Origin: Candidatus Dadabacteria bacterium
GTDB lineage: Bacteria; Desulfobacterota_D; UBA1144; Nemesobacterales; CSP1-2
Assembly: GCA_040289575.1 (NCBI GenBank)
Contig: PSLL01000002.1
Span: 116,195 to 146,829, forward strand
Direction of reading: 5' to 3'
Length of the DNA stretch: 30,635 nt
The notes under the pieces are model-generated. The model worked only from the letters and a program-made list of their open reading frames with translations. It ran no database searches and had not been told where the DNA came from. Position numbers and translations under genes: made by a program. How positions within the stretch are numbered: the stretch's first letter is position 1; every line of letters begins with the position of its first letter. Of this stretch, positions 18,994 through 28,578 are shown piece after piece.

Positions 18994-19234
18994 TATAACT
19001 CTCCTTTTTTTATTCCACTGCTCTTAAGTCAAACACGTATAACTTTTTGCCTTCTTATCTTAATTTTTATCTATCTCAAAAAGCGAGGATAAACACACCA
19101 ATATCTCGCCTCATAGTTTATTTAAAGAAGCCTTACTAAGTGTCGATTAAGTTTTAGTTTATTTTCTATGAATTAATTCAAAGAACTAATAATGATAAGG
19201 GTATATCTCAAGAGAACAATCTCTAGAAAATACT

Positions 19235-19363
19235 CTACGTTGGATTGGATGAGATCGCTTGGAGACTCGAAAGATAATTGTCCTTTACCAAACCGCTAAG
19301 ATCCTTAAAGACCTCAGTAAAATCGGCAACTCTTATCTCTTCCTTCTCCTTTCTCTCTGCCAT
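19235..19363 (-). CDS. Unannotated 42-aa ORF or gene remnant (MAERKEKEEIRVADFTEVFKDLSGLVKDNYLSSLQAISSNPT)
   Basis: GGAGTG RBS 8 nt upstream of the ATG; helical, protein-like composition; below the ORF-track size cutoff. Confidence 0.5.
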   Translation of the reverse strand: MAERKEKEEIRVADFTEVFKDLSGLVKDNYLSSLQAISSNPT

Positions 19364-19430
19364 AATAAATTCACTCCAATATGTTTATCTAAGATTAAAA
19401 ATAATACCGATAAGAGGCTTGTCAAGTGTT

Positions 19431-19450
19431 TTATTCGCATTTGCGAATAA
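19431..19450. promoter_or_regulatory. 20-bp operator-like palindrome
   Basis: TTATTCGCA-TT-TGCGAATAA, next to a minus-strand TTGACA (19425-19420) in a divergent AT-rich spacer. Confidence 0.55.
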
Positions 19451-19672
19451 TTAATTTATGCTATTTCTTTGATATAATTAGCAAAATTGTTTAAGCTATA
19501 TTTAGTTTATGCAATTGCTAATAAATATTGTATTTTCATTAGCTGCATTGATTATTAACACACTAACAGTATAAAATTATCCCTCAAATTTTTATAAACT
19601 AATTTGGCTGTTATAGTAGACCAGTTTCGATTTTGGTATGTATAAATAAAAAAGAAGAGAGGAGAAAATGAT

Positions 19673-20272
19673 ATGCCGGAAACTGAACTTCCTAATCTAG
19701 ATGAGATTGAAGAGATTAAGGGAAAGAATTTTACAAAGCGTGTGGCACTTGCTACGGGAGTTTTCGCGGTTGTCTTGGCCATTGCTTCTTTGGGGGGGAA
19801 GGATGCCACAAGGGAAGCAATTCTAGCTCAGCAGAAGGCCTCAGATCAATGGGCGTTCTATCAGGCAAAGGTGATCCGCGAGCACCAGTATGGAAATGAG
19901 AAACTCCATATGGAAGCGGAACTAGCCGAGCGGGGCCCAAACATGAAACCCGAGGTGCGTCAGAAGTTCGAGGCACTTATGGCAAAGTTTGGGGAAGAAG
20001 AGAAACGTTACAATGCCGAGAAAAGGAATATAGAGGAAGAGGCTAAGAAACTGGAGCATGAAAGAGACCTAAACCGTGATAAGGACTCTTATTTCGATTA
20101 TGCCGAGGTACTGCTCCAGATAGCTATTGTAATGTCATCCATTTCAATCCTCTCTGTTTCACGCCCTATTTTCTTCTTTAGCTTAGTTCTGGCTATAGTT
20201 GGAGCCCTTCTTACCATAGGCGGCTACACACTGCTATTTAAGATTCCATTTCTTCTATACAGAGGACACTAA
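19673..20272 (+). CDS. DUF4337-family membrane protein
   Basis: RVALATGVFAVVLAIASLGG, ASDQWAFYQAK, coiled coil, FDYAEVLLQIAIVMSSISIL; GAGGAG RBS. Confidence 0.88.
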   Translation: MPETELPNLDEIEEIKGKNFTKRVALATGVFAVVLAIASLGGKDATREAILAQQKASDQWAFYQAKVIREHQYGNEKLHMEAELAERGPNMKPEVRQKFEALMAKFGEEEKRYNAEKRNIEEEAKKLEHERDLNRDKDSYFDYAEVLLQIAIVMSSISILSVSRPIFFFSLVLAIVGALLTIGGYTLLFKIPFLLYRGH

Positions 20273-20309
20273 AAGGCTGCAGAACTTATTTCAAAATTTC
20301 ACATCTCAA

Positions 20310-20627
20310 TTAAATCAACTTTGACATAACCTTCGCCTCCCAATCGGTTACTAGAGTCGAGAGCGCCTTTGCGAGTTCTTGTCCTCTTTTATCCATGGCA
20401 AATATCCTCTCCCACTCATCCAAATCCGAGTAACTGGAAAATTCCCAAATAGCTAAATAATGGGGCCTAGAGCCAAGAAGCACATTGCGAACATAGAGTC
20501 CCATAAGCTTAAATTGTGGAAGCTTCTTCTCGAAGTGCTTGGAAAATTTCTCGTAAGCTTCAACTATCTGTTTTTTTCTAGCTCTGGGTTTGGGGTTAAA
20601 TCCTACAAGGTAATACATTATTTTCAT
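20310..20627 (-). CDS. Hypothetical protein, possibly dimeric alpha+beta barrel (NIPSNAP/ABM-like)
   Basis: AAGGAG RBS; beta-alpha-beta-beta-alpha pattern with YLAIWEFSSYSDLDEW. Confidence 0.7.
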   Translation of the reverse strand: MKIMYYLVGFNPKPRARKKQIVEAYEKFSKHFEKKLPQFKLMGLYVRNVLLGSRPHYLAIWEFSSYSDLDEWERIFAMDKRGQELAKALSTLVTDWEAKVMSKLI

Positions 20628-20793
20628 CTCCTTAATTTTTTATGCACAGGTTCTTTTTATATCATAGAAAGCAGTTCGATGTCAAAATTTTTCCATAGGT
20701 ATATTTAAATAAAGCTCAATAGGACTAGGAAAACAGAATTTAAGATCACACTGGTAAAGGGCTTATACCTGCAAGTCGAATAAGGGCTGTACT

Positions 20794-20819
20794 GTAGGGG
20801 CGCATTGCAGTGCATCCTA
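20794..20819 (+). repeat. REP-like palindrome (GTAG type) immediately downstream of fadJ
   Basis: GTAG-GGGCGCATTGCAGTGCATCC-TA. Confidence 0.5.
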
Positions 20820-22952
20820 TTAATCCTTATAAAACCTCCTTCCTTCTCTTGCCATATCTATAAGGAGTTGGGCGGGGATAAAGCGGGGACTAAACCTCGA
20901 TGCAAGGCCCTCAAGTTTACCTACGACTACACTTGCCCCGACTGAATCTACGTACCTGAATGGTCCGCCGAGAAAGGGGGGAAACCCAAGCCCCATCACG
21001 GCACCTATATCCCCATCCCTTGGGCTTCTTATTATCCCCTCTTGAAGACAGAGTATCGCCTCGTTGACTAATCCGAGTGAGAGCCTCTCCTGGATTTCTT
21101 CTTTCGGAAAATGCTCTCTTGCCTGCTTAAACGGGAATAGGTCATAAACAGACCTATCAACCCCCTTTGTCTTGCCGTTATAAGTGTAAAACCCCTTTTT
21201 GTTTTTCCTTCCCATTCTTTTATCTAGAATGAGCTTCTCTATATGCGATGGGTATTCTAACCTCCTGCCAAATGCCTCATAAATGACCCTTCCAATCTTT
21301 TCCCCTACATCAATCCCTATTTCATCAAGCAGCATCAGGGGTCCTACCGGAAATCCAAATTCAACCATAGCCCCGTCAATATCCTCAACCGCCGCTCCCT
21401 CATTGAGGAGATATATAGCCTCATTCATATAAGGAGCGAGAATCCTGGTTGTATAAAACCCAACCCCGTCTTTTACAACAATCGGGATTTTTCCAAGGTG
21501 CTTTCCGAGGTCGAGCGCCGTGGCAATTGTTTTCTCTGATGTGTCGGGAGTCCTTACGATTTCAAGAAGCATCATCCTGTGAACAGGGGAAAAAAAGTGC
21601 ATCCCAATGAGATTGCCCGGGCGTTTTGAGGAGATTCCAATCCGAGAGATGGGCAGAGATGAGGTATTAGAAGCAAATATACAGTCCTCAATTGTAACGG
21701 ATTCAACCTCTTCTAACACCTTTCGTTTTAATTCCAAGTCTTCATATACGGTCTCCATAACCAAATCGGCTCTGCGAAATCCCGTGTAATCGGATGTGCC
21801 GCTGATTAGATTCAATCTCTTCTCCATCTGGATTTTTGTAATGCCCTGCCTTTTGTATCTCTCCCTAAAATAGTCATAGCATGTTCTTAATCCTTTTCCC
21901 ACGCTCGCATCATCCTTATCCTTCATTCTTACTGTAATACCAATATCGGCACATATGCAGGCAATTCCGGAGCCCATAAACCCGGCTCCTACTACCCCGA
22001 TTTTTTCTACCCTTTTTGGTTTTATGTCTCTGTTTTCAATAACCGGGTCTTTTTTTATTGCATTTGTAGAGAAGAAAATGTTGATCAACTGCCGCGATGT
22101 TTCGCTTACGGAAAGCTCACCGAAATGAGCGGACTCAACATGGAGTCCTCTGTTAAAGCCGTGATTGAGTCCAATTTCTACAGCCTCAAGCGCCATAATC
22201 GGCGCAAGATAATTGCCATGGGTCCTCTTTACAACCCCTTTTCGATATTTGTCAAAAAGTATTCTTCTGCCGAGAGGGTTTTTCTCAAACAGTAGTTCTC
22301 TGAAGCCTCTAACCATCGGGCGCACCGGTTTTAGTCTGTTTGAAGAGATCAAAGGCGCCCTCTTTTTTGCTATATCAAGAAGAATCTCCTTCGGTACCAA
22401 CTCATCAACGAGTCCTATTTTTTTTGCTCTCTTTGAATCTATGCTCTTTCCGGTAATAATCATATCGAGGGCTTGGGCAATTCCAATGAGTCGAGGAAGC
22501 CTCTGGGTTCCTCCTGCCCCAGGAATTAAGCCAAGTTGCACCTCAGGAAGCCCCAATATGGTCTTTGGGTCGTCCGTAGCGATTCTATATTTGCAGGCAA
22601 GGGCAACCTCCATCCCACCGCCAAGACACGCCCCGTGTATGGCGGCCACAAAAGGAATCCTTGAATTTTCAATCTTATTTAAAATCTCCTGGGCCTTCAG
22701 GCTAAGTATCCTTCCTTCATCAACCGATGAGATTTTTAAGAATTCGTTTATATCCCCGCCCGCAATGAAATTATCCTCTTTGGCGCTCACAATTACCGCA
22801 GCTCTTATTTCTCCCTCAGTTTCTATGCGGTTTAAGATGCTCTCTATTTCCAGCATGCCCTCGCGTGTGAGTTTGTTTACCTTTTCACCGGGCAGATCCA
22901 TCGTAACAATGCAGATTCCCTGGGCATCTATTTCAAATGAAAAGGCATTCAT
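20820..22952 (-). CDS. fadJ: Fatty acid oxidation complex alpha subunit (enoyl-CoA hydratase/3-hydroxyacyl-CoA dehydrogenase)
   Basis: FIAGGDI, CLGGGME, LPEVQLGLIPGAGGTQRLPR, GAGFMG, SNTSSLPI, HFFSPV, GFPPFLGGPFRY. Confidence 0.93.
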   Translation of the reverse strand: MNAFSFEIDAQGICIVTMDLPGEKVNKLTREGMLEIESILNRIETEGEIRAAVIVSAKEDNFIAGGDINEFLKISSVDEGRILSLKAQEILNKIENSRIPFVAAIHGACLGGGMEVALACKYRIATDDPKTILGLPEVQLGLIPGAGGTQRLPRLIGIAQALDMIITGKSIDSKRAKKIGLVDELVPKEILLDIAKKRAPLISSNRLKPVRPMVRGFRELLFEKNPLGRRILFDKYRKGVVKRTHGNYLAPIMALEAVEIGLNHGFNRGLHVESAHFGELSVSETSRQLINIFFSTNAIKKDPVIENRDIKPKRVEKIGVVGAGFMGSGIACICADIGITVRMKDKDDASVGKGLRTCYDYFRERYKRQGITKIQMEKRLNLISGTSDYTGFRRADLVMETVYEDLELKRKVLEEVESVTIEDCIFASNTSSLPISRIGISSKRPGNLIGMHFFSPVHRMMLLEIVRTPDTSEKTIATALDLGKHLGKIPIVVKDGVGFYTTRILAPYMNEAIYLLNEGAAVEDIDGAMVEFGFPVGPLMLLDEIGIDVGEKIGRVIYEAFGRRLEYPSHIEKLILDKRMGRKNKKGFYTYNGKTKGVDRSVYDLFPFKQAREHFPKEEIQERLSLGLVNEAILCLQEGIIRSPRDGDIGAVMGLGFPPFLGGPFRYVDSVGASVVVGKLEGLASRFSPRFIPAQLLIDMAREGRRFYKD

Positions 22953-23136
22953 TAATTTACCTCCGATTTAGTTGAATATGATAAACTGCAATTAACCGTG
23001 TAACCTCCAGTAGTTGTCATTACAATTGTAGAGGCGACCCTTTCCCAATTTAATCGAGAACTGCCCAAGAGAGTAAGAGGGCACACAAGCCACACCAATA
23101 TTTGTCATTGAGAGGGAAGAAACTCCTTTGCCTGAC

Positions 23137-24438
23137 TCATTCCCTTTCTACAACCATTGTTACGCCAAGGGCACCGGCGGCGCAGACGGTAATTAAACCG
23201 AAATTGCGGCCGCGCCGCCTGAGCTCATTGAGAGCCCTGATTGTAAGCCTTCCTCCGGTTGCACCAAACGGATGACCAATTGCAATTGAGCCGCCTGAAA
23301 CATTAAATTTGTCCATATCAATCTCTCCGATGGGGTTGCTTCTGCCGAGTTTTTCTTCGGCGAATTTCTTTGAACCAAAGGCTTGGATATTTGAAAGCAC
23401 CTGTGCAGCAAACGCCTCATGCATCTCTATAAGATCAATGTCACTGAAAGAAAGCCCAGCCCGCTCAAGCGCAATTGGAGTCGCATAGGTAGGTCCCATA
23501 AGAAGCTGATCATCGGGAGAAAGGGCAGCGTAGGCATAAGAACGGATGTATCCAAGGGGTTCATAACCCAGAGCCTTAGCCTTTTTCTCTGACATGAGGA
23601 GAAGCACAGATGCGCCGTCCATAAGAGGGGAGGAGTTCCCGGCAGTCACCGTGCCGTATCTCCTATCAAACACGGGACTGAGTTTAGAGATGGCTTCAAT
23701 GTTTGTATCTTTACGAATTCCGTTATCGGCTGCAACAACGGTTGAAAAATCAGGTGGAACTAAGATGCGAATAATCTCTTCTTTGAATCTCCCATCTTCC
23801 GTCGCTCTATGGGCAAGCCTGTGACTCCTGTATGCAAATGCATCCTGGTCTTCACGGCTTATATGATTTTCTCTAGCCATTTTCTCCGCCGACTCCCCCA
23901 TTGTCAGACCTGTAGAAGGCTCTACAAGCCTCATAATCTCCGGAGCCAGGTCTCGGAGACGAAGGCCTAAAAACGGCTTTGCTTTTTGTACAAAATTCTT
24001 CCCCTTGTACGAGTTATAGAGAACTGTCCTGAACCTTTTGGAGAATAAAACCGGAATATCAGAAAGAGATTCTGTACCGCCTGCAACTACGACATCCGCA
24101 TTTCCGCTCATAATGCTATCTGCCGCATTTGTGATTGCCTGGTTTGCCGAGGCGCACGCCCGCGTTACCGTATATGCAGGTGTCGAAGACGGAATTCCGA
24201 CACCAAGTGCAATCTCCCTTCCTAGGTTTGGAGTTGGTGGGGAGAAAACAACTGTGCCGAATATGACCTCATCAATCTCTTTCGGATCAATCTCAGTACG
24301 GTTTAAGAGTTCAACAGTAGCGATTTTCCCCAAATCGAGAGCAGAGAGGTTTCTAAAGAGCGTTCCCGACCTTACAAACGGCGTTCTAAGTCCATAGACT
24401 ATCGCAACCCGTCTTCCGTTTTTAACTGAAATTCTCAC
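23137..24438 (-). CDS. fadI: 3-ketoacyl-CoA thiolase
   Basis: GLRTPF, RACASANQA, MHEAFAAQVLSN, GHPFGATG, CAAGALG. GTG 24438 is preceded by GAGGTG; alternative start 24447. Confidence 0.93.
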   Translation of the reverse strand: MRISVKNGRRVAIVYGLRTPFVRSGTLFRNLSALDLGKIATVELLNRTEIDPKEIDEVIFGTVVFSPPTPNLGREIALGVGIPSSTPAYTVTRACASANQAITNAADSIMSGNADVVVAGGTESLSDIPVLFSKRFRTVLYNSYKGKNFVQKAKPFLGLRLRDLAPEIMRLVEPSTGLTMGESAEKMARENHISREDQDAFAYRSHRLAHRATEDGRFKEEIIRILVPPDFSTVVAADNGIRKDTNIEAISKLSPVFDRRYGTVTAGNSSPLMDGASVLLLMSEKKAKALGYEPLGYIRSYAYAALSPDDQLLMGPTYATPIALERAGLSFSDIDLIEMHEAFAAQVLSNIQAFGSKKFAEEKLGRSNPIGEIDMDKFNVSGGSIAIGHPFGATGGRLTIRALNELRRRGRNFGLITVCAAGALGVTMVVERE

Positions 24439-24549
24439 AATTCGCACCTCACCAAAAATCTATATCTATTTTATCTGTGGTAGGAGATATAGGAAAGTTT
24501 TTTCTAAAGAGCTAAATTCTGGTTTGTGATATAATAATAAATATGGTAT

Positions 24550-25014
24550 TTAGCCAGGTTTGATATTACTAGCATTTTTTACTTTCAGCTTAATCTCAAT
24601 AAACTTAGAGTGATCTAGACGTAGCAGGTTGAGCAATTTGTGAGCCACATAGTCTTCAAAATCGTCGAGTGTTCCATCTGAGTAGATTACATTCCATATC
24701 ATTTCCATTAAATCGTATTTCTCATCCAAGCTGAGGTTTTCGTTAATCAGATTGGTGAAGTGCCAAAGACTGGGAGAGCTTTCACGCTCTCTCTTGGATG
24801 CCTCAATAAGCTCATTTGCCGATGAATCAGTCATCTTAAATTTGGTCTTTAGAAGATCAATAATTTTCTGTAATTCTTCTTTGGAGAGTTTAGAATCCGC
24901 TGTAGCTGCCTCAAGCAGAATCACACACGTTGCTATCTCTAATTTCTTTTCCTCATCTCTTTTAGGGTTTACAGATTCGCCGGTTTTAAAGATTCTCTTA
25001 AAGGCCTCTAACAT
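24550..25014 (-). CDS. TerB-family (tellurite-resistance-like) protein
   Basis: LLEAATADS..S.EE, SLWHFTNLIN, WNVIYSDG.LDDFE. Confidence 0.88.
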   Translation of the reverse strand: MLEAFKRIFKTGESVNPKRDEEKKLEIATCVILLEAATADSKLSKEELQKIIDLLKTKFKMTDSSANELIEASKRERESSPSLWHFTNLINENLSLDEKYDLMEMIWNVIYSDGTLDDFEDYVAHKLLNLLRLDHSKFIEIKLKVKNASNIKPG

Positions 25015-25166
25015 GATTATTTCCTCTTTAAATATTTATCATATTTTTGGCAAAAAAAGGCAAATTTATCTCCTCTCGGCATGTGTTGATAAGGAGTTAT
25101 TCTCAGTGAGATAATGATGTTAAGAGAAATGTATGAGTAAAAGACCACTACCGAAGGTTCACAATA

Positions 25167-25553
25167 ATGAAAATAGGAGTTTATATTTCGGCTGTTTTAA
25201 TATTTCTCTTTTTGCTGCTTCCAAGTCCGGTATATTTAAAAGAGGATTATTCATCTCAGATTGAGGCGAAGTTGCAACCAATGTATCAGTGTTCGGCAGG
25301 TCACCTTCACATCCCCGGCATTATAGAGAACAAATCGAATTTAACCTTGGGGAAAGTCATAGTAGAGGGAAAGGTCTGTGATGAAAATGGAAATCTCGTC
25401 TCTTCTATCTCCTCTCCGATAGACAGCGACACAGTTGCGCCCGGCAAGACCGCTCCTTTTAATCTCGAGTTCATCGACATCGTAGGCTCCACCAACGCCA
25501 AGGTAAAAAGATATGATGTGAAGGTTATTGAAGCGGAGAAGGCTCCGCATTGA
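25167..25553 (+). CDS. Exported FxLYD-like Ig-fold protein
   Basis: N-terminal hydrophobic signal; GIIEN...V.VEGKVCDENGNLV...VAPGKTAPF. Confidence 0.75.
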   Translation: MKIGVYISAVLIFLFLLLPSPVYLKEDYSSQIEAKLQPMYQCSAGHLHIPGIIENKSNLTLGKVIVEGKVCDENGNLVSSISSPIDSDTVAPGKTAPFNLEFIDIVGSTNAKVKRYDVKVIEAEKAPH

Positions 25554-25667
25554 GAAATAGGTTAAATTCAATAGAATTTTTATATATTACAATGTAAGGT
25601 GAGATACTTTTAGAGACTATAAGATATCTTCCGCGTTCAGTTTAGTCGCAGCCAAAGAGGTTTTCGC

Positions 25668-25696
25668 TTGCACTCTTTTCTAAACCGTGATAGCTT
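25668..25696 (+). promoter_or_regulatory. Putative sigma70 promoter for nuoE
   Basis: TTGCAC-N17-TAGCTT with an extended -10 TG. Confidence 0.5.
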
Positions 25697-25736
25697 AACT
25701 ACTTATTATTCGTTGAGATATAAGGAGAAATAGAAA

Positions 25737-26210
25737 GTGTCATTTCCCGTTGAGCTTAGAGAAAAGATAGACGAGATTGTGTCTAAATCTGAAACAAAGA
25801 AATCCGCTCTTATTCCCGTTCTCCGCGAGGTTCAAAATAGATACGGCTGGCTCTCTTTGGAGTCCATGAAAGAGGTGGCCGAGATTCTCCGCATTCCTCC
25901 CGCGAGCGTTCAGAACGTGGCGACTTTCTATACGATGTTTTTCACAAAACCCGTTGGACGGCACGTAATCTGGCTCTGTAGAACCCTCTCTTGTGCTCTG
26001 AGGGGTGCAGAACACGTAGAGCACTATCTTTCGGAAAAACTCGGAATTCATACGGGAGAGACAACACCGGATGGAAAGATTACGTTCCTTGAAGCCGAAT
26101 GCCTAGCCTCATGCGGAACCGCTCCCGTTATGCTCGTTGATGATGAACTCTGTGAGAATCTTACGAGAAAAAAGATAGATGAGTTGATTGAAAAACTGCT
26201 GAGGGATTAA
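25737..26210 (+). CDS. nuoE: NADH-quinone oxidoreductase subunit E (2Fe-2S)
   Basis: SALIPVL, VATFYTMF, CRTLSC, ECLASCGTAP; AAGGAG RBS with GTG start. Confidence 0.93.
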   Translation: MSFPVELREKIDEIVSKSETKKSALIPVLREVQNRYGWLSLESMKEVAEILRIPPASVQNVATFYTMFFTKPVGRHVIWLCRTLSCALRGAEHVEHYLSEKLGIHTGETTPDGKITFLEAECLASCGTAPVMLVDDELCENLTRKKIDELIEKLLRD

Positions 26211-26216
26211 ACAAAT

Positions 26217-26257
26217 GATGCATGATTCATGATGTTTTTTATCATGAATCATGCATC
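26217..26257. repeat. Perfect 17-bp inverted repeat after nuoE
   Basis: GATGCATGATTCATGAT-gtttttt-ATCATGAATCATGCATC. Confidence 0.85.
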
Positions 26258-26309
26258 CTGTGTATTTCGTGGCTAAATAAACTATTCTCGCAATCCGAAA
26301 TCCGAAAAA

Positions 26310-27635
26310 ATGAATTCCCAAACCAGAGATCATGCGCTTGAAATTTTTAAAGAGGCAATAGAAGCAGCAAGCCCGGGAAGGTGCTTGCTCGAACATATAA
26401 GCCTCAATGGAGATACCCTCAGCGTTGACGTAAGGGAATATGATTTAAAAAAATACAAATCAATCTTTGTTATCGCCTTCGGAAAAGCCGCCCCACTTAT
26501 GGCAAAGACTCTCGAAAATGTCTTAGGCGGGAGGATAACGGATGGGATTGTAGTGTCAAACTCACGACCTGCATTTGCCTTCTCAAGGATAAGATTTCTC
26601 ATCTCAAGCCATCCCGTCCCGGATGTAAGGAGTCTCAATGCCGCAAGAGAAGTGGTGAAACTCCTTGAGAGCGTCGGTAAGGAAGACCTGGTGATTTTTC
26701 TAATCTCAGGAGGTGGAAGCGCGCTTCTTGCAATGCCCGCTCCGGGACTTTCAATTGAAGATAAGAGAAAAGTCACTGAAATGCTCCTTAAATCCGGGGT
26801 AGATACCTATGGGTTTAACGCTGTAAGGAAACACATCTCCCAGATCAAAGGAGGGGGTCTGCTTAAAATAACCCTTCCCGCTCAGGTTATAACACTTATA
26901 CTTTCAGATGTTGTAGGTGACAGGCTTGATGCAATTGCTTCGGGTCCGACAGTTCCCGATCCGACGACATTTGAGGACGCATGGCGCGTTATAGAAGAAT
27001 TCAGGCTTGAACACAAGATTCCACCTCAGGTAATCGTCCATCTCGAAGAAGGTAGGAGAGGGAGGATTCCCGAAACCCTAAAAAGAGGAGAGTTCGATCC
27101 CGACAGGGTTCAGACAGTGATTGTGGGGAATAATTTTAAATCGCTTCTTGCAGCGGAAAAGAGAGCCGCCCAACTTGGATACAATACTATTCTCATTTCC
27201 TCCCAGATAAAGAGCGAAGCAAGGGAGATTGCAAAAGCCGTGGCCGCGATGGCACTCGATATAGAAAGGTTCGATATTCCTGTAAAGAAGCCCGCCTGCA
27301 TGATCTTTGGAGGAGAAACAACGGTTACCGTTACAGGAGGTGGAAAAGGAGGAAGAAATATGGAACTCGCCCTCTCTTTTTCAATGGAGATAATGGGACA
27401 CCATCAAATCGTGGGTCTTTTTTGCGGCACGGATGGAATTGATGGCCCGACGGATGCGGCCGGGGCAATCTGCGACGGAAGGACAAGAGAGCGTGGGAGG
27501 GAAATAAACCTCAGCGCAAGGATGTCCCTTATTCAGAACGACTCTTATACATTCTTCGAGAAATTGGGAGACCTGGTTAAAACAGGCCCTACAGGAACAA
27601 ATGTCATGGACATAGGCGTTGTAATCGTAGAATAA
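26310..27635 (+). CDS. Glycerate 2-kinase (MOFRL family)
   Basis: GKAA, SHPVPD, LISGGGSAL, RKHISQIKGG, SDVVGD, IASGPT, GGETTV, GGRN, GTDGIDG, TGPTGTNVMD. Confidence 0.93.
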   Translation: MNSQTRDHALEIFKEAIEAASPGRCLLEHISLNGDTLSVDVREYDLKKYKSIFVIAFGKAAPLMAKTLENVLGGRITDGIVVSNSRPAFAFSRIRFLISSHPVPDVRSLNAAREVVKLLESVGKEDLVIFLISGGGSALLAMPAPGLSIEDKRKVTEMLLKSGVDTYGFNAVRKHISQIKGGGLLKITLPAQVITLILSDVVGDRLDAIASGPTVPDPTTFEDAWRVIEEFRLEHKIPPQVIVHLEEGRRGRIPETLKRGEFDPDRVQTVIVGNNFKSLLAAEKRAAQLGYNTILISSQIKSEAREIAKAVAAMALDIERFDIPVKKPACMIFGGETTVTVTGGGKGGRNMELALSFSMEIMGHHQIVGLFCGTDGIDGPTDAAGAICDGRTRERGREINLSARMSLIQNDSYTFFEKLGDLVKTGPTGTNVMDIGVVIVE

Positions 27636-27681
27636 ACCCGAATTAATCCTTTGTCCGCAGTCAAATATATAGATAGCAAAA

Positions 27682-28404
27682 ATGAATTACGCAATAATTT
27701 CTGATATTCACTCAAACCTTGAAGCACTGAAAAGTGTATTTGAAGAAATAGACAAACTCGGCACGGATAGAACCATCTGCCTCGGAGATATTGTAGGCTA
27801 CGGCGCAAACCCGAATGAGTGCGTGGAGATAATAAGGGAAAGAAAAATCGAATCTATAATAGGCAATCATGATGCTGTCGCATGTGGGAAAAAAGAGCCT
27901 TTCGATTTTAATTCCATAGCAAAAGAGGCGGCACTCTGGACAAGGGCTGTCCTTACGGCTGAAAACAGGGAATTTCTCTATAACCTCCCGGAAATGGGGG
28001 AGATTGACGGCTTTCTCATAGTCCACGGTGCAATATCCGACCCTGATTTATATATACTCTCAGTCTATGATACCTTTGGTGAATTTAATTTGATGAATAA
28101 ACGGAATATCTGTTTTTTTGGCCATACACACGTGAGGACATATTATGTTTTGATTGGCGGCGATGTGCAATGCCGCTTCGAATATGAGTTTAAGATAAAA
28201 CCGGAAGCAAAGTATCTGATAAATCCCGGAAGCGTTGGACAGCCGCGCGATAGAGATCCCCGTTCCTCTTTTCTCATATATGACTCTAAAGAGGCGACAG
28301 TGAGATTCATAAGACTGGAGTACGATATAGAATCGGCTAAGCAGAAGATAATCCGAGCCGGTCTGGATAGAAGGCTTGCTGATAGACTATCTTTGGGAAT
28401 CTGA
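27682..28404 (+). CDS. Calcineurin-like metallophosphoesterase
   Basis: SDIHSN, GDIVGYG, GNHD, HG, GHTH, NPGSVGQPRD. Confidence 0.93.
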   Translation: MNYAIISDIHSNLEALKSVFEEIDKLGTDRTICLGDIVGYGANPNECVEIIRERKIESIIGNHDAVACGKKEPFDFNSIAKEAALWTRAVLTAENREFLYNLPEMGEIDGFLIVHGAISDPDLYILSVYDTFGEFNLMNKRNICFFGHTHVRTYYVLIGGDVQCRFEYEFKIKPEAKYLINPGSVGQPRDRDPRSSFLIYDSKEATVRFIRLEYDIESAKQKIIRAGLDRRLADRLSLGI

Positions 28405-28436
28405 TTACCCGGACTTGAATTTAGATAATGCTCTTA

Positions 28437-28508
28437 GCCACAGGGGATACAGAAAAGGGATTTAACAAATGAATCTTTGTGTTTTATTCCCGCTATATCC
28501 TCTGCGGT
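28437..28508. repeat. Imperfect ~70-nt palindromic element upstream of dnaB
   Basis: GCCACAGGGGATA pairs imperfectly with TATCCTCTGCGGT, with inner GGGA/TCCC and AACA/TGTT pairing. Confidence 0.45.
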
Positions 28509-28578
28509 CAGTATCTTTTACATCTTATGTCATGGTATATTGAAGGTTCTTCCGTGCAGGTATAAACTCTAGGGTAAT

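Noticed and set aside
22213..22971. Long antisense ORFs (252 aa here, also 6120-6635, 3892-4362, 26330-26776 and others)
   Set aside because: Shadow frames opposite well-supported genes, Ser/Pro/Ile-rich and without recognisable motifs.
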